Positions 48,139-58,226 of a DNA stretch of 64,000 nucleotides are shown one piece after another. Each line of letters starts with the position of its first letter. Position 1 is the first letter of the stretch. This DNA comes from an uncultured bacterium (GTDB lineage: Bacteria; Patescibacteriota; Saccharimonadia; UBA4664): the NCBI GenBank assembly GCA_963720265.1, contig CAVRET010000002.1, positions 200,704-264,703 of the forward strand. Reading direction: 5' to 3'. The notes beneath the pieces are model-generated. The model worked only from the letters and a program-made list of their open reading frames with translations, was not told the origin of the DNA and ran no database searches. A program made the position numbers and the translations under genes.

Positions 48139-49260
48139 CTACCGCAAGTAATCGCGCAGCTTCTTTGACTCGCGGTGCTTGCGCAGCTTCGCCAGCGCTT
48201 TGGCTTCAATCTGGCGGATGCGCTCACGCGTCACGCCAAATTCCTGCCCCACCTCTTCCAAGGTGTGCGAACGGCCGTCTTCCAGCCCAAACCGCATACG
48301 CAAAATCTTTTGCTCGCGCGGGGTCAGCAGCTGTAGTACTGCATTCACGTGCTCCTTTAAGAGCTGATGTGTCGCCGCTTCCTCGGGTGTGAGCGAATCC
48401 TCATCGGCAATAAAGTCGCCCAGCAAGGAATCCTCTTCTTCGCCCACCGGCGCTTCGAGCGAGACAATGTCCTGCTTTATCTTTAAGATGTGATTGACCT
48501 TATCAACGTCCATCTCCATCTCGGCCGCAATCTCTTCCGGCAGCGGCTCGCGGCCCAATTCCTGCACCAACCTGCGTTGCGTGCGGATCAGCTTGTTAAT
48601 CGTCTCCACCATGTGCACTGGAATACGAATCGTGCGGGCTTGGTCCGCAATCGCGCGCGTAATCGCCTGCCGGATCCACCATGTTGCGTAGGTCGAAAAT
48701 TTAAAGCCTTTCGTGTAGTCAAATTTCTCCACTGCGCGCAGCAGTCCGGTGTTGCCTTCCTGAATCAGATCCAGCAAATCGAGCCCGCGACCAATGTACT
48801 TCTTGGCAATCGACACTACCAGCCGCATGTTGGCCTCGGCCATCGCGTCCTTAGCCGCCTTATCACCGTTCGCAATCCGCTTGGCCAGCGCCACTTCCTG
48901 CTCGCTGGTCAAAAGTGGAATCTTACCGATCTCACGCAAATATAGCCGCACCGAGTCGTCGGCAATGTCTTTGTTGTAATCGTCAGCCGTCGCCGCCTCG
49001 GCCTCAGCGTCATCTTCCTCTGTCGCCGCGTCCCAGATCAGCGCATCTTTCTGATCCGTAATTTCAATACCCTGCTCCAACAGCACGGCATAGAGCTCAT
49101 CAAGCTCTTCCAAATTTTCCTCAGCTTCAGGCAAGGCCCCCGCAATTTCTTGCTGGGTCACATAACCCTGCTCTTTGCCTTTCGCTAGCAAACGCTCAAT
49201 CTCGGGCGAGTATCCGCTCGAGCGATCCAGCGTTTCTTCCTCAACAGCTTTTTTCGCCAC
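48139..49260 (-). CDS. rpoD: RNA polymerase sigma factor RpoD/SigA, a short form without the region-1.1 extension.
   Basis: Regions 1.2, 2, 3 and 4; [27 protein letters not shown]. Confidence 0.95.
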   Translation of the reverse strand: MAKKAVEEETLDRSSGYSPEIERLLAKGKEQGYVTQQEIAGALPEAEENLEELDELYAVLLEQGIEITDQKDALIWDAATEEDDAEAEAATADDYNKDIADDSVRLYLREIGKIPLLTSEQEVALAKRIANGDKAAKDAMAEANMRLVVSIAKKYIGRGLDLLDLIQEGNTGLLRAVEKFDYTKGFKFSTYATWWIRQAITRAIADQARTIRIPVHMVETINKLIRTQRRLVQELGREPLPEEIAAEMEMDVDKVNHILKIKQDIVSLEAPVGEEEDSLLGDFIADEDSLTPEEAATHQLLKEHVNAVLQLLTPREQKILRMRFGLEDGRSHTLEEVGQEFGVTRERIRQIEAKALAKLRKHRESKKLRDYLR

Positions 49261-49263
49261 TCG

Positions 49264-51048
49264 TTACACCTCCTGATCCAATAATGTTTGATACTTACGC
49301 AACAAATCACGCACCAAAGGTGCGTCACCTCTCTCTTCGGCTTCGCGCAAGGCCCGACTTAAATGTTGCTTCTGATCCTGATTCGAACTAATTTGCAGCC
49401 TTCTCGCCAGCCCGAATGCCTCGAAACTGCGGTCTGCAGGAGCGAAAGCTTCATACTCTTGCTCGCCCCGTAACAATAATATATTAACGTAATCTGACAG
49501 CTCAGTCAATGCTCCGGCAATGGATGCCACCGGTTCCCGCCGATGTTCTCGTACCGCCTCAAACACCGCCCGCCGCCGCTCACCGGAAAAAGCCTCAGCC
49601 GTTAAATCATCCAGGCAGATCCGCGCTACAGGCTCAAGCAGCACCAAGCCCAGCAGCGACTCCTCCAGAACTTGCCTAGCCCCAGGCTTACCTTCAGTTT
49701 GTACAACTGCCCGGCGGCTTGGCTGATCATCGGGACGCTCACGGCTTGCCATATCCGCTCGCGGCCGGGCACCAAGACTCACCGACTGCGCCAATTTAGC
49801 CCGCACCGCTTCCTCGCCCGTCCCAGTCTTTTCCGCCAACAGTTTTACATAGTGGTCCTGTTCCACCGGATCACCCAGCCGCCGCAAACTCGCCGCCAAA
49901 CGGTCAGTATATCCACGCTTGCCAACACCGGAGCTCAGATCATAATCGCGTTCGAACCGGTCAAACAGATAATCCACAATGTACTTCGCCCCAGCAATCG
50001 CCCGCTCCCAAGCCGCCACATCCTTCTTGATGAGCTCATCAGCATCCTTGAATCCCTCCGGCAGTTCAACCATGCGCAAACTAAGCCCCAGCGTTTGCCC
50101 CAGCTCGATCGCCCGCTCCGTCGCCGCCAGCCCCGCACGGTCCGAGTCGAACGCCAGCTTCACATTCTTCGTCAGCTTGCTCAAATTCCGCAAATGCTCA
50201 AGCGTCAGCGCCGTCCCACTCGTCGCCACCACCGGTTTCACCCCAGCTTGGTGGGATGTCACCACATCCATTTGCCCTTCTACCAGCACCACCTCATCAC
50301 GCGTCCGTATCGCTTCCCGTGCCATGTGCCATCCAAAAATCGCTTGAGACTTATCAAATAACGGCGTCTGCGGCGTGTTCAAATACTTCGGCTCACCGTC
50401 ATCGAGCACCCGTCCGGTAAACGCAATCGGCCGCCCCTCCCTGTCCCCAATCGGAAACATTATCCGCCCGCGAAACAGGTCATAAATCGTATTGCGTCCC
50501 TGCTTCTGGCCGGCCAGCCCGGCCTGCAATAATTCTTTGGATGTAAAGCCGCTCTTTAGCAAAAATCCCGTTAATGCATCCCACGAATCCGGTGCATACC
50601 CAATCCCAAATTCCCTTACCGTCTCACGCGTCAATCCCCGCTTCTTCGCCACATACTCAATCGCCGTCTTATTAGCCGCCAAGCTCGCCTGAAAATATCG
50701 CACCGCCAGCGCATGTGCCTCCTCCAGCCGCTCGCGTAACCGCTTGGCCGCCCCGCCGTCACTCTTGCGCTCCTTTAGTTCGACCCCGGCTTTGCGCGCC
50801 AAAATCTCCAGCGCCTCGCGAAACTCTACCCCCTCCATCTTCATGACAAAGCTAAACATATCGCCGCCTTCGCCACAGCCGAAGCAATGGTAAATCCCCT
50901 TCTCAGGGCTGACCATAAAGCTCGCTGTCTTCTCCTGGTGAAACGGGCACGGCGCCTTCAAATTCCGCCCCGCCTGCTTCAATGGCACGTACGCCCCCAC
51001 CACCTCGGTAATCTCCAGCCGGCTCTTGACCTCCGCGACCTCATCCAT
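49264..51048 (-). CDS. dnaG: DNA primase DnaG.
   Basis: Zinc-binding domain CPFHQEKTASF...CFGCGEGG and a TOPRIM domain. Confidence 0.93.
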   Translation of the reverse strand: MDEVAEVKSRLEITEVVGAYVPLKQAGRNLKAPCPFHQEKTASFMVSPEKGIYHCFGCGEGGDMFSFVMKMEGVEFREALEILARKAGVELKERKSDGGAAKRLRERLEEAHALAVRYFQASLAANKTAIEYVAKKRGLTRETVREFGIGYAPDSWDALTGFLLKSGFTSKELLQAGLAGQKQGRNTIYDLFRGRIMFPIGDREGRPIAFTGRVLDDGEPKYLNTPQTPLFDKSQAIFGWHMAREAIRTRDEVVLVEGQMDVVTSHQAGVKPVVATSGTALTLEHLRNLSKLTKNVKLAFDSDRAGLAATERAIELGQTLGLSLRMVELPEGFKDADELIKKDVAAWERAIAGAKYIVDYLFDRFERDYDLSSGVGKRGYTDRLAASLRRLGDPVEQDHYVKLLAEKTGTGEEAVRAKLAQSVSLGARPRADMASRERPDDQPSRRAVVQTEGKPGARQVLEESLLGLVLLEPVARICLDDLTAEAFSGERRRAVFEAVREHRREPVASIAGALTELSDYVNILLLRGEQEYEAFAPADRSFEAFGLARRLQISSNQDQKQHLSRALREAEERGDAPLVRDLLRKYQTLLDQEV

Positions 51049-51096
51049 ATTTCAATTATACGCCGCATCTGAAACTTATACGAACAAAAGGCGAAA

Positions 51097-52110
51097 CTAA
51101 GCCAAATTGCTCCAGCGCAAATCCGGCCGAAACGTTTCGATTAGCCGCGCCGTCACACCAACCGTCCGCTCGGCCGAGGGGTGAGCCACAAAGGCCTCCA
51201 AATCGGCCCGCTTGTGGCTATCCGACGTTACCAGGTCAAACACTCCGTAGCGCCCAGCTAACTCGCGCGTTTCGGCCGCCTCCGCGCTCACGTCGCGCTG
51301 CATAATTACATTCACGTTCTCACTTTCGAGCCCGTCTAGGCCGCCGGCGGCCAAAATCGCTTCCAGCTCGTCCTTGGTCATCTTCGCAAGTTCCAAATAC
51401 CAATGCGCCGCCACAGCGAACCCGCCGGCCTCACGAATCAGCTTGACTGTCTCGTTATAGCCCAGCAACGTGCCAAAATCGGCCGTTTTCGGTGTCGGCT
51501 TAAACGCATCACCTCCCATAAACAGCGTATACGGATACTGGTTGGGCCCGTCTGCCATCATGAGGTCGTACTTAGCTTGCAGTGCCGCATCGTGCTCGGC
51601 CGCCTGCTGCATCGCTTCGCGCAGCCTCTCCATCAATGCTTGGTTTTGTGGTTTTGCCAGCACGGCTTTCACCAAATGCGGCTTGCCGATATTGCGCGAT
51701 GTCGCCGCCGCTCGCACGTCACTCTCGGTCACATCAAAGCCCACGCTTTGTAAATGCCTTACATACGTGCGCATGCGTTCCACTCGGCTGTGCTCAGCTG
51801 CGGCGCAGAACTCGACCAGCGCGCGGTTCTTGATATCCACAAACAGGCCCAAAATGTGCACGCTGCCCTTGTCCCGGCCGCCCGGCGCCCAAGCCGACAG
51901 CTCGACGCCAATCATCCATTTCACCGGTCCGTTGTAGTCGCGCAACTGTCGGATTACCGACTGATTCGGCAGCGTATCGTGATCAGTAAACGCCATCACC
52001 CCGATGCCCGACTCCTGAGCATCCTTAAGTGATTGCACATGCGTCTGCACGCCGTCCGAGATAACAGTGTGATTGTGTAACGATTCAAATTTGAGCTCTG
52101 CCATGTCCAA
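51097..52110 (-). CDS. PHP-domain metal-dependent phosphoesterase.
   Basis: N-terminal HNHTVISDG (HxH) and further PHP His/Asp motifs. Confidence 0.7.
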   Translation of the reverse strand: MDMAELKFESLHNHTVISDGVQTHVQSLKDAQESGIGVMAFTDHDTLPNQSVIRQLRDYNGPVKWMIGVELSAWAPGGRDKGSVHILGLFVDIKNRALVEFCAAAEHSRVERMRTYVRHLQSVGFDVTESDVRAAATSRNIGKPHLVKAVLAKPQNQALMERLREAMQQAAEHDAALQAKYDLMMADGPNQYPYTLFMGGDAFKPTPKTADFGTLLGYNETVKLIREAGGFAVAAHWYLELAKMTKDELEAILAAGGLDGLESENVNVIMQRDVSAEAAETRELAGRYGVFDLVTSDSHKRADLEAFVAHPSAERTVGVTARLIETFRPDLRWSNLA

Positions 52111-52170
52111 TATCGTATCATTCGTGAAAGTTTGACCGGGCCGTGGGGAGCATGCTCCCCACGGCCCCAG

Positions 52171-52560
52171 CTAATCATCTTCACTGTACACGCCAGCTTC
52201 TTCGATCTGCAGAACCAACTCTTCGACCAGCGCACGAATGTCTGGTGACCGGCTTCGTTTCCGGACGAGCCGTACCAAGCGCAAAGCGATGTCGACAATC
52301 TCCTCACCGGCGACCAGCTTGGCGATCGCCTCTTCGTCCGACACCAACGTCAGAAGTTCCAGCAGATTTTCAGCCTGTTCGCGTACAACTGACGCCAAGG
52401 CTGTCCGTCCGCCAGGAATATAGAGCTGGTTGCTGCCGGCAGCGTCCTGTATCCAGTATCCTGAGTCAGCCGCATCCACGACGCGGGCACCGGAATAGCC
52501 GCCCACTCCCTGGCACACGCTAGCAAGCAGTTGGCCGAACGAAGGGGTAAAAGTTTGCAT
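52171..52560 (-). CDS. Hypothetical acidic protein.
   Basis: 129 aa with a weak SD, downstream of the mutY-like gene. Confidence 0.35.
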   Translation of the reverse strand: MQTFTPSFGQLLASVCQGVGGYSGARVVDAADSGYWIQDAAGSNQLYIPGGRTALASVVREQAENLLELLTLVSDEEAIAKLVAGEEIVDIALRLVRLVRKRSRSPDIRALVEELVLQIEEAGVYSEDD

Positions 52561-52606
52561 CCGCTCACCACATTTCTCACTCGATAGCAGGCGTAGTGTA
52601 GTTATA

Positions 52607-53392
52607 TCACACTCGGTAACGTCCGACGTGCATGGTCACGAAGCCCTCTTTCATAAGCGCCGCGACGACCGTTTCAAGTCTTGAATCATCAATACCCAAC
52701 TCCTCGAGCGTCTTCGGGCCTGCAAGCAGCCGTCGCAACACCTCGCCACGCAGTTGCCGCGTGCTCCCCTCAAAGCGCGATTGCACACTATAATGCCGGC
52801 TACGCCGGTTCGGGTTTGGCACCTGCCTGCCCAACGCCACCCCGTAATCCATCAATGCCCAGTACCACTCTCGTGGTCGCGGCCGGTCAAGTGTCACTTC
52901 CACCAGCGGCCGCAGTGCGTCATCGCCCACGTTATTACTGTCAGCAAAAAACTCATGCAAAAACACCCGCCGGATATTTGTCTCAATAAAGACTACCGGC
53001 AGATCGTACGCAAACGCCACGATACTCCCGGCCGTATTTGGCCCGATCCCGGGCAGCTGTACCAGTTGCTCCGGTGCCCTAGGCGGCTCGCCACCAAACT
53101 CGCCCATCACCATACCGGCCGCCTTCCGCAACCACAGCGCCCGCCGGTTATAACCCAGTCCCTGCCACTCCGCTAAAACCTCGGCCGCACTTGCCTGCGC
53201 AAGCTCCGCAAACCCCGGCCAGCGCTCGAGCCACCTTTGCCAGCGCCCCAACACCCGGCTCACCTGCGTCTGCTGCAACATCACTTCGCTCACGAACACG
53301 CCATATGGTGTCACGTACACCCGCCATGGCAGATCGTGCCGGCCATGCTCGTGGTAATACTGCCAAACTCTATCTCGAAACTCTTCCATCAC
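52607..53392 (-). CDS. mutY: MutY-like adenine DNA glycosylase (HhH-GPD) without the [4Fe-4S] cysteine cluster, and with a non-NUDIX C-terminal domain.
   Basis: LPWRVYVTPYGVFVSEVMLQQTQVSRVL...GLGYNRRA...LPGIGPNTAGSIVAFAY. There are no Cys residues where the FCL motif is expected. Confidence 0.7.
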   Translation of the reverse strand: MMEEFRDRVWQYYHEHGRHDLPWRVYVTPYGVFVSEVMLQQTQVSRVLGRWQRWLERWPGFAELAQASAAEVLAEWQGLGYNRRALWLRKAAGMVMGEFGGEPPRAPEQLVQLPGIGPNTAGSIVAFAYDLPVVFIETNIRRVFLHEFFADSNNVGDDALRPLVEVTLDRPRPREWYWALMDYGVALGRQVPNPNRRSRHYSVQSRFEGSTRQLRGEVLRRLLAGPKTLEELGIDDSRLETVVAALMKEGFVTMHVGRYRV

Positions 53393-53408
53393 ATGCGATT
53401 ATAGCCAT

Positions 53409-53783
53409 TTGACGGCATTATCGGACACCTCTACAGTACAGACTAAGCAAAAGCGCAACCCGCGCAAAGCTCGCACGATAGTCGGAGGGAGCCTCGTGGC
53501 ACGAGAAGAACGCACTATCACGGTATGCGACTGCCATCTTGCACGTCACCCCAAGCCCAAAGACTGGCGTGTAGGCAGCAAGTACCACTTTAGTCGCGGC
53601 CATGCGCATTACGAGATTGACCTCTGCGCTGAATGCAGCCCCGAATTTCTGCAAACTGACGACAAAGGGCGTTACGTAAAATACGCCCGTCGCGTCAGAA
53701 GCGGTCTACGGAGCCGGCTCCGCCGCTTCGGCCCCATTCTGGGACCATCGTCCGTCCCACGGGTCGCCCGCGGCTTGGTCTAA
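53409..53783 (+). CDS. Hypothetical basic protein with a C-x-C...C-x2-C zinc-ribbon-like motif.
   Basis: ORF of 124 aa. The track start overlaps the mutY-like gene region, so the true start may be internal. Confidence 0.3.
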   Translation: MTALSDTSTVQTKQKRNPRKARTIVGGSLVAREERTITVCDCHLARHPKPKDWRVGSKYHFSRGHAHYEIDLCAECSPEFLQTDDKGRYVKYARRVRSGLRSRLRRFGPILGPSSVPRVARGLV

Positions 53784-53875
53784 CCGCTCCTCTGTTCCAT
53801 CCATCAGGCGCCTCTAGCGGCCGTTCCCACTGCTAGAGGCGCCGCTTCATGTTCGAATCAAACCAATATTGGTGC

Positions 53876-54316
53876 TCAGCTCGACTTAAATTCGAGCGCG
53901 CATGAGTTCACGCAATAATGCTTCCCGCCCTTATCCTTTACCATTGGGTCGCCTTCAAATAAGTGCCCCAGATGCGCCCCGCATCGTGCGCACACAACCT
54001 CGGTGCGCTTCATAAACATTGAATTATCCGGCCGCAGCTCAACCCGGCCCTCAGCGGCCTCAGCCCAAAACGCCGGCCAGCCCACTAGTCCCGGCAATGT
54101 GCTCTCAAATTTCGTGTTGCTCTTAAACAGCTCCTGCCCACACGCCGCGCAACGGTACACCCCATCGGCGTCGTTACTCACGTATCTCCCCGTGCCCGGC
54201 GCTTCGGTTCCTTTCTCGCGCATCACATGGTACTGCTCTGGAGTCAACTTTTCCCGCCAGTACGAGTCCGGCATATTCTTCAAGTCACTTTGCTTCACGT
54301 CATCGCTCATGTTCAT
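53876..54316 (-). CDS. msrB: Peptide-methionine (R)-S-oxide reductase MsrB.
   Basis: Two CxxC zinc motifs and the catalytic RCGAHLGHLF. Confidence 0.9.
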   Translation of the reverse strand: MNMSDDVKQSDLKNMPDSYWREKLTPEQYHVMREKGTEAPGTGRYVSNDADGVYRCAACGQELFKSNTKFESTLPGLVGWPAFWAEAAEGRVELRPDNSMFMKRTEVVCARCGAHLGHLFEGDPMVKDKGGKHYCVNSCALEFKSS

Positions 54317-55094
54317 TCTCCTTCATCATCTCGCTCGCTCCCGCTTGCGCCATGGCATACAGTTCCCGCATCGCCTGTGCAATTTGTGGGCTTTCAATAA
54401 TTGTACCGATCGTTTCATCACCGAACGAGATAAACGACACCTTGTTGCCATACACGTTAATCTCGACCGGCGCCGTATAGGCCTGGGCCGGATGCCACGT
54501 TACCGTGCGCTTTAGCCGGTCGTCGTTCGCCGCTGCCCAAGTCATTGCGCCGGGCAAGGCCGGCGCCAGCAGCCTCGAATGAACATTCAACGCCGCCCGC
54601 TGGTCTAAATACTTGGCCAGTACTGTCCCCGGCCGATCCGCGTTGCCAAAATGTTCCTGGTCAGCCGTTGTTCGCACCACATCTACCTCTAAGCCCGTGC
54701 GCAGGATATCTTCATACAACTTCTCAAGACCCTCGCTGCCCTCAAAAAATCGCACCCCCGGCTTACCACGATAGGTGTAGTAATAGCTGAGCAAATTCGG
54801 CAGCGCCTCGCGGTAGGCCCGCTCAGTTTCGGCTAGCTCCCGCTGCCGCCCAGCCAAAAATTTTTCCAGGGCGCTCGGGCTCGCGGGCTCATACGTCTGC
54901 TTCTTTGCCCCCGCCTGCTTCACCGCTAGCCCCACTTCCTCAAGTCGGGCTAGCGCCATATAGGCCGTCGTCCGGCTCTCATCGATCCGCCTCGCCAGCT
55001 GCGGCGGCGTTAAGCTGCCGGCCTTCACGAGCACAACGTATGTCTTCGCCTGCGCTGAAGTCAGGCCCATTTGGACCAGTAGCTCTGGATTCAT
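54300..55094 (-). CDS. TrmB-like transcriptional regulator.
   Basis: N-terminal wHTH MGLTSAQAKTYVVLVKAGSLTPPQLARRIDESRTTAYMALARLEEVGL. Confidence 0.55.
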   Translation of the reverse strand: MNPELLVQMGLTSAQAKTYVVLVKAGSLTPPQLARRIDESRTTAYMALARLEEVGLAVKQAGAKKQTYEPASPSALEKFLAGRQRELAETERAYREALPNLLSYYYTYRGKPGVRFFEGSEGLEKLYEDILRTGLEVDVVRTTADQEHFGNADRPGTVLAKYLDQRAALNVHSRLLAPALPGAMTWAAANDDRLKRTVTWHPAQAYTAPVEINVYGNKVSFISFGDETIGTIIESPQIAQAMRELYAMAQAGASEMMKENEHER

Positions 55095-55181
55095 ATGTTC
55101 ATTCTATTGATCAATGTTAGAAATGTACAGTTCAAATGTGACACAAATTTAAACTCATTAAGACAGTCTTGATACACGTTA

Positions 55182-56098
55182 ACCTGAGTCTCAAAACCCC
55201 TGGACCACCAAAGTAAAAAGACGCTAGGCTGTCCTTGTTACGTCGACAAAAACAAACAAGGAAATAGCAAATGCGTCTTTTACGTGCTCATCATATCGTC
55301 AAACTGGTTGAGGTGGTAGATAGCTTCTTTCCGAGGCAGCCGGCAAATCCCCTGGGCGGCCGCCCCGTCATCTTGCACCAAAATGAGTGCGTTGCCCTAC
55401 TGGTATTTAGCTGCCTGGTAGCCCCGCAACGCACCCTCAAGGGTGTATATATCTGGTCCCAAACGTATTATTACCGCCGGTTCCACTTGCCCAGTTACCA
55501 ATCGTGGGTCCGTAAATGCCACCTGGCTCTGCCTCAGATGCTCATCATGCTCGACCAGTTGTTGGTCAAGGACGCGCCTCTCGTCTTCATGGACTCAACC
55601 ATGCTTGAGGTCTGCAAGCTAGTCCGGGCCGACCGGCACAAAGTCGCCCAAGGAGTGGCCGACTTTGGTATGAACCACCAAGGGTGGCATTTTGGTTTTA
55701 AGCTCCATGCCAGCTGCGCCGCCAACGGCAGTCTGTGCGCCATCTGGTTTACGCCGGCCAATGAGAGTGACTCGCAGCAAATACCACATTTGGTCAACGA
55801 CGCAACTGTCATTGCCGTGGGTGACGGTGGTTACCTGGCCAAAGTCATGAGCAAGAAGATGTGGGATCTGCACCAGACCTACATACTGGCTCCCGCTCGA
55901 CGCAACCAGAAGCAGCCCATGGCCAGCTGGCAGGGCCTCCTGCTTCGCAGGCGGCCCAAGGTTGAATGCACCTTTGACTACCTAAAAGAACATTTGAACC
56001 TCGTCAGCTCATTTCCGCGAAGTGTCATGGGCTACTTCGTTCACTATGTCCGCATTCTGCTCAGCTACCAGCTGATGTGGGGGTTTTGAGACTCAGGT
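55182..56098 (+). mobile_element. Intact IS982-family insertion sequence (917 bp) with perfect 19-bp terminal inverted repeats ACCTGAGTCTCAAAACCCC and a 6-bp target-site duplication ACGTTA.
   Basis: Left inverted repeat at 55182-55200; right inverted repeat at 56080-56098 (its reverse complement is identical); flanking ACGTTA at 55176-55181 and 56099-56104. Confidence 0.75.
55271..56089 (+). CDS. IS982-family DDE transposase.
   Basis: FMDSTMLEVC...GWHFGFKLHAS...IAVGDGGYLAK match the IS982 DDE-region signatures. The stop codon lies inside the right inverted repeat. Confidence 0.75.
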   Translation: MRLLRAHHIVKLVEVVDSFFPRQPANPLGGRPVILHQNECVALLVFSCLVAPQRTLKGVYIWSQTYYYRRFHLPSYQSWVRKCHLALPQMLIMLDQLLVKDAPLVFMDSTMLEVCKLVRADRHKVAQGVADFGMNHQGWHFGFKLHASCAANGSLCAIWFTPANESDSQQIPHLVNDATVIAVGDGGYLAKVMSKKMWDLHQTYILAPARRNQKQPMASWQGLLLRRRPKVECTFDYLKEHLNLVSSFPRSVMGYFVHYVRILLSYQLMWGF

Positions 56099-56223
56099 AC
56101 GTTAGTATTGACATTTTCGAGCAAAAGAAGTATTATTATCAATGTCGATCGGGAACGCCTCGGCGACAACTAATCGCTTGTCGCACCTAATTACTTGAAT
56201 GATCGCCAACCAGGGAGGCCGTC

Positions 56224-56589
56224 ATGGCAGACCAAACCCCCTACACCTCGGACGATATCGACCGCGGGCTCGCTGCGATTCGTCCTGACTACTACGAGCC
56301 GCCGGTCGAAATGGACTTGCGCGGACTCGACGCCGCGACCAGGGCACTCGGCTTGACCTACGGCTTCGACCGTTGGCAAGACGCCCGGGTCATGGCCAAC
56401 AACCGACGTCTGGTCGAAACCGCGCGGGAGCACTGGAATGAAGTCGGTCATCCGACCGACGACTTCCTGCGCCACACGCTCGGCGAGGACGAGAGCGCGG
56501 TCCGCCACCGTCATCTGCTCGAACGTGCCCACCCCGACTGCGCCAGGTGCGCGGACAAGGTTGCGCTCCTCCAGGGGGACGCAACCTGA
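56224..56589 (+). CDS. Hypothetical protein (121 aa).
   Basis: SD GGGAGG with a 6-nt spacer; no known motif. Confidence 0.5.
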   Translation: MADQTPYTSDDIDRGLAAIRPDYYEPPVEMDLRGLDAATRALGLTYGFDRWQDARVMANNRRLVETAREHWNEVGHPTDDFLRHTLGEDESAVRHRHLLERAHPDCARCADKVALLQGDAT

Positions 56590-56669
56590 GCAAGAAGCCC
56601 CGGCCACCCACTACCAAGTGGGCCCGGGGCTATCACGTCCAAATCAGGGCCCGGACATAGGAGCTTCAC

Positions 56670-57440
56670 ATGACATTTGGCGTTGTAATTGTCGGCCTAG
56701 TTGGCGACCTCGACGTACGCTCGGCGATTCGTCGCAGCGGCGGCAATCCTGCAACAGCCGACATCCGTGAAGTTAATGTCGACGTCTTCAGCCGTCTCGG
56801 CGACGGCCTCGACATTGGCCTCGACTTGCCCGGCGTTGCGGTCGTCGTGTTCTCGGTTGAGGGCTATCGCCACCTGACAGTGTCAACCTTTTCCCAAACG
56901 GCATACCCGTCGCGCTCCCAGCTCTTCGAAAGCTATTCCCAGCGGCACGCTACTGGATTGGAGCTCCGGCCTGTCCTTCCGAGATCTACGTTCCACCACC
57001 GGTTGGCGCATCGTAGGGAGGCGATTATGGGATTCATTCTCGCGGTCGGCGATGTCGGCGAGCACCGCCTGATATCACTCATCCGGCAATACTACCGGCA
57101 CGCCGTTGAGATTGCCCATGTAGACGTGGACACGTTCGACGGGTTTGCGCCTCATTTCGCCGAGGTAAAACCGCAGTCAGCACCGCTGCCCGATGCGGCA
57201 GAGGAATCCCTGCCACAGGTGATCTCCCCGGCGGCATTGGACAACTGGGTGCGGTCACACCTCGGGGTAGTTCGCTCCGAAGTGGTGCTCGTTGTTCTTA
57301 CCAACACGGCTATGGCGAAACTGAGGGCATCGAACATAACAGTAGGCATGTTCTACGCCTGCTTTTCGGACACGCCGCAGTCGCAGTTCGTGGTTGTCAA
57401 AGCTGTAGTCAACCTCAGCCTTGACAACTACGAGCCATAG
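56670..57440 (+). CDS. Hypothetical protein (256 aa).
   Basis: SD AGGAG; no known motif. Confidence 0.5.
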   Translation: MTFGVVIVGLVGDLDVRSAIRRSGGNPATADIREVNVDVFSRLGDGLDIGLDLPGVAVVVFSVEGYRHLTVSTFSQTAYPSRSQLFESYSQRHATGLELRPVLPRSTFHHRLAHRREAIMGFILAVGDVGEHRLISLIRQYYRHAVEIAHVDVDTFDGFAPHFAEVKPQSAPLPDAAEESLPQVISPAALDNWVRSHLGVVRSEVVLVVLTNTAMAKLRASNITVGMFYACFSDTPQSQFVVVKAVVNLSLDNYEP

Positions 57441-57530
57441 CCATTACGCCCGCCGTGAGCTCACAATCACGGCAGCCCCGGCCCACCGCAAGGTGGTAAC
57501 CGGGGTTCGTCATGTTTAAGCAATAATTCC

Positions 57531-57620
57531 TGGCGGAGAGGGCGGGATTCGAACCCGCGATGGAGTTGCCCCCATACTCGCTTTCCAAGCGAGCGCACTC
57601 GGCCACTATGCGACCTCTCC
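57531..57620 (-). tRNA. tRNA-Ser (anticodon GGA), 90 nt with a long variable arm and an encoded CCA.
   Basis: Reverse complement GGAGAGG...CUCGC-UUGGAAA-GCGAG...GGUUCGAAUCC...CCUCUCCGCCA; a clean cloverleaf. Confidence 0.9.
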
Positions 57621-57762
57621 GTGGCAGGCCTGCGTGCCCGCGACCGGCATATTATACCGTTCCAGCCTCAAATTGACTAATTACAACTTCACCATTAACA
57701 TAAAACGCCAGGTTATCGGAAGACAAAAGGACTACCGAAACCCCGTCTACTAAGGAACCGCC

Positions 57763-58083
57763 ATGTCCGACGAAACTGCTGCCGACAAGCGCATCGATAT
57801 GTTTCGCTTCATGCTTGACCTGGCGCTCGGGCTCGAGCCGCCGCCCTACGCCCGCAGTTCGGAAGCACTCGCCGAATGGGTCTTCCAACTCCCCAACCCG
57901 GCGCAGATCGCGGCTCACCTGTTCACCGCTATCACCGACCCTTCACGGCCCGAAGCGGACCGGTGTACTCTGGCCGAGTTCCTGCGAGACAACCGCAGCG
58001 GGCCAGCCGCCCCACCCGAGTTCGCCAAGCTCTTCGACAACGCCGAAGAGGTCTGGGAAGCTCTCCGGCCGCGACGAGCATAA
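57763..58083 (+). CDS. Hypothetical protein (106 aa).
   Basis: ORF with a weak SD and coding-like composition. Confidence 0.4.
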   Translation: MSDETAADKRIDMFRFMLDLALGLEPPPYARSSEALAEWVFQLPNPAQIAAHLFTAITDPSRPEADRCTLAEFLRDNRSGPAAPPEFAKLFDNAEEVWEALRPRRA

Positions 58084-58226
58084 GCCGGCACGAAGGCCCG
58101 ACTCATGAAGCCGCATTTCGCCCTGCGAAGTGCGGCTTCGCCATTCTAGTGCTAAGCTAAAACACCTCGGTGTTACCGAGCCTAAAATGACCGAATTTAC
58201 CATCAAAAAGCTGGCCGGACAAAGAC

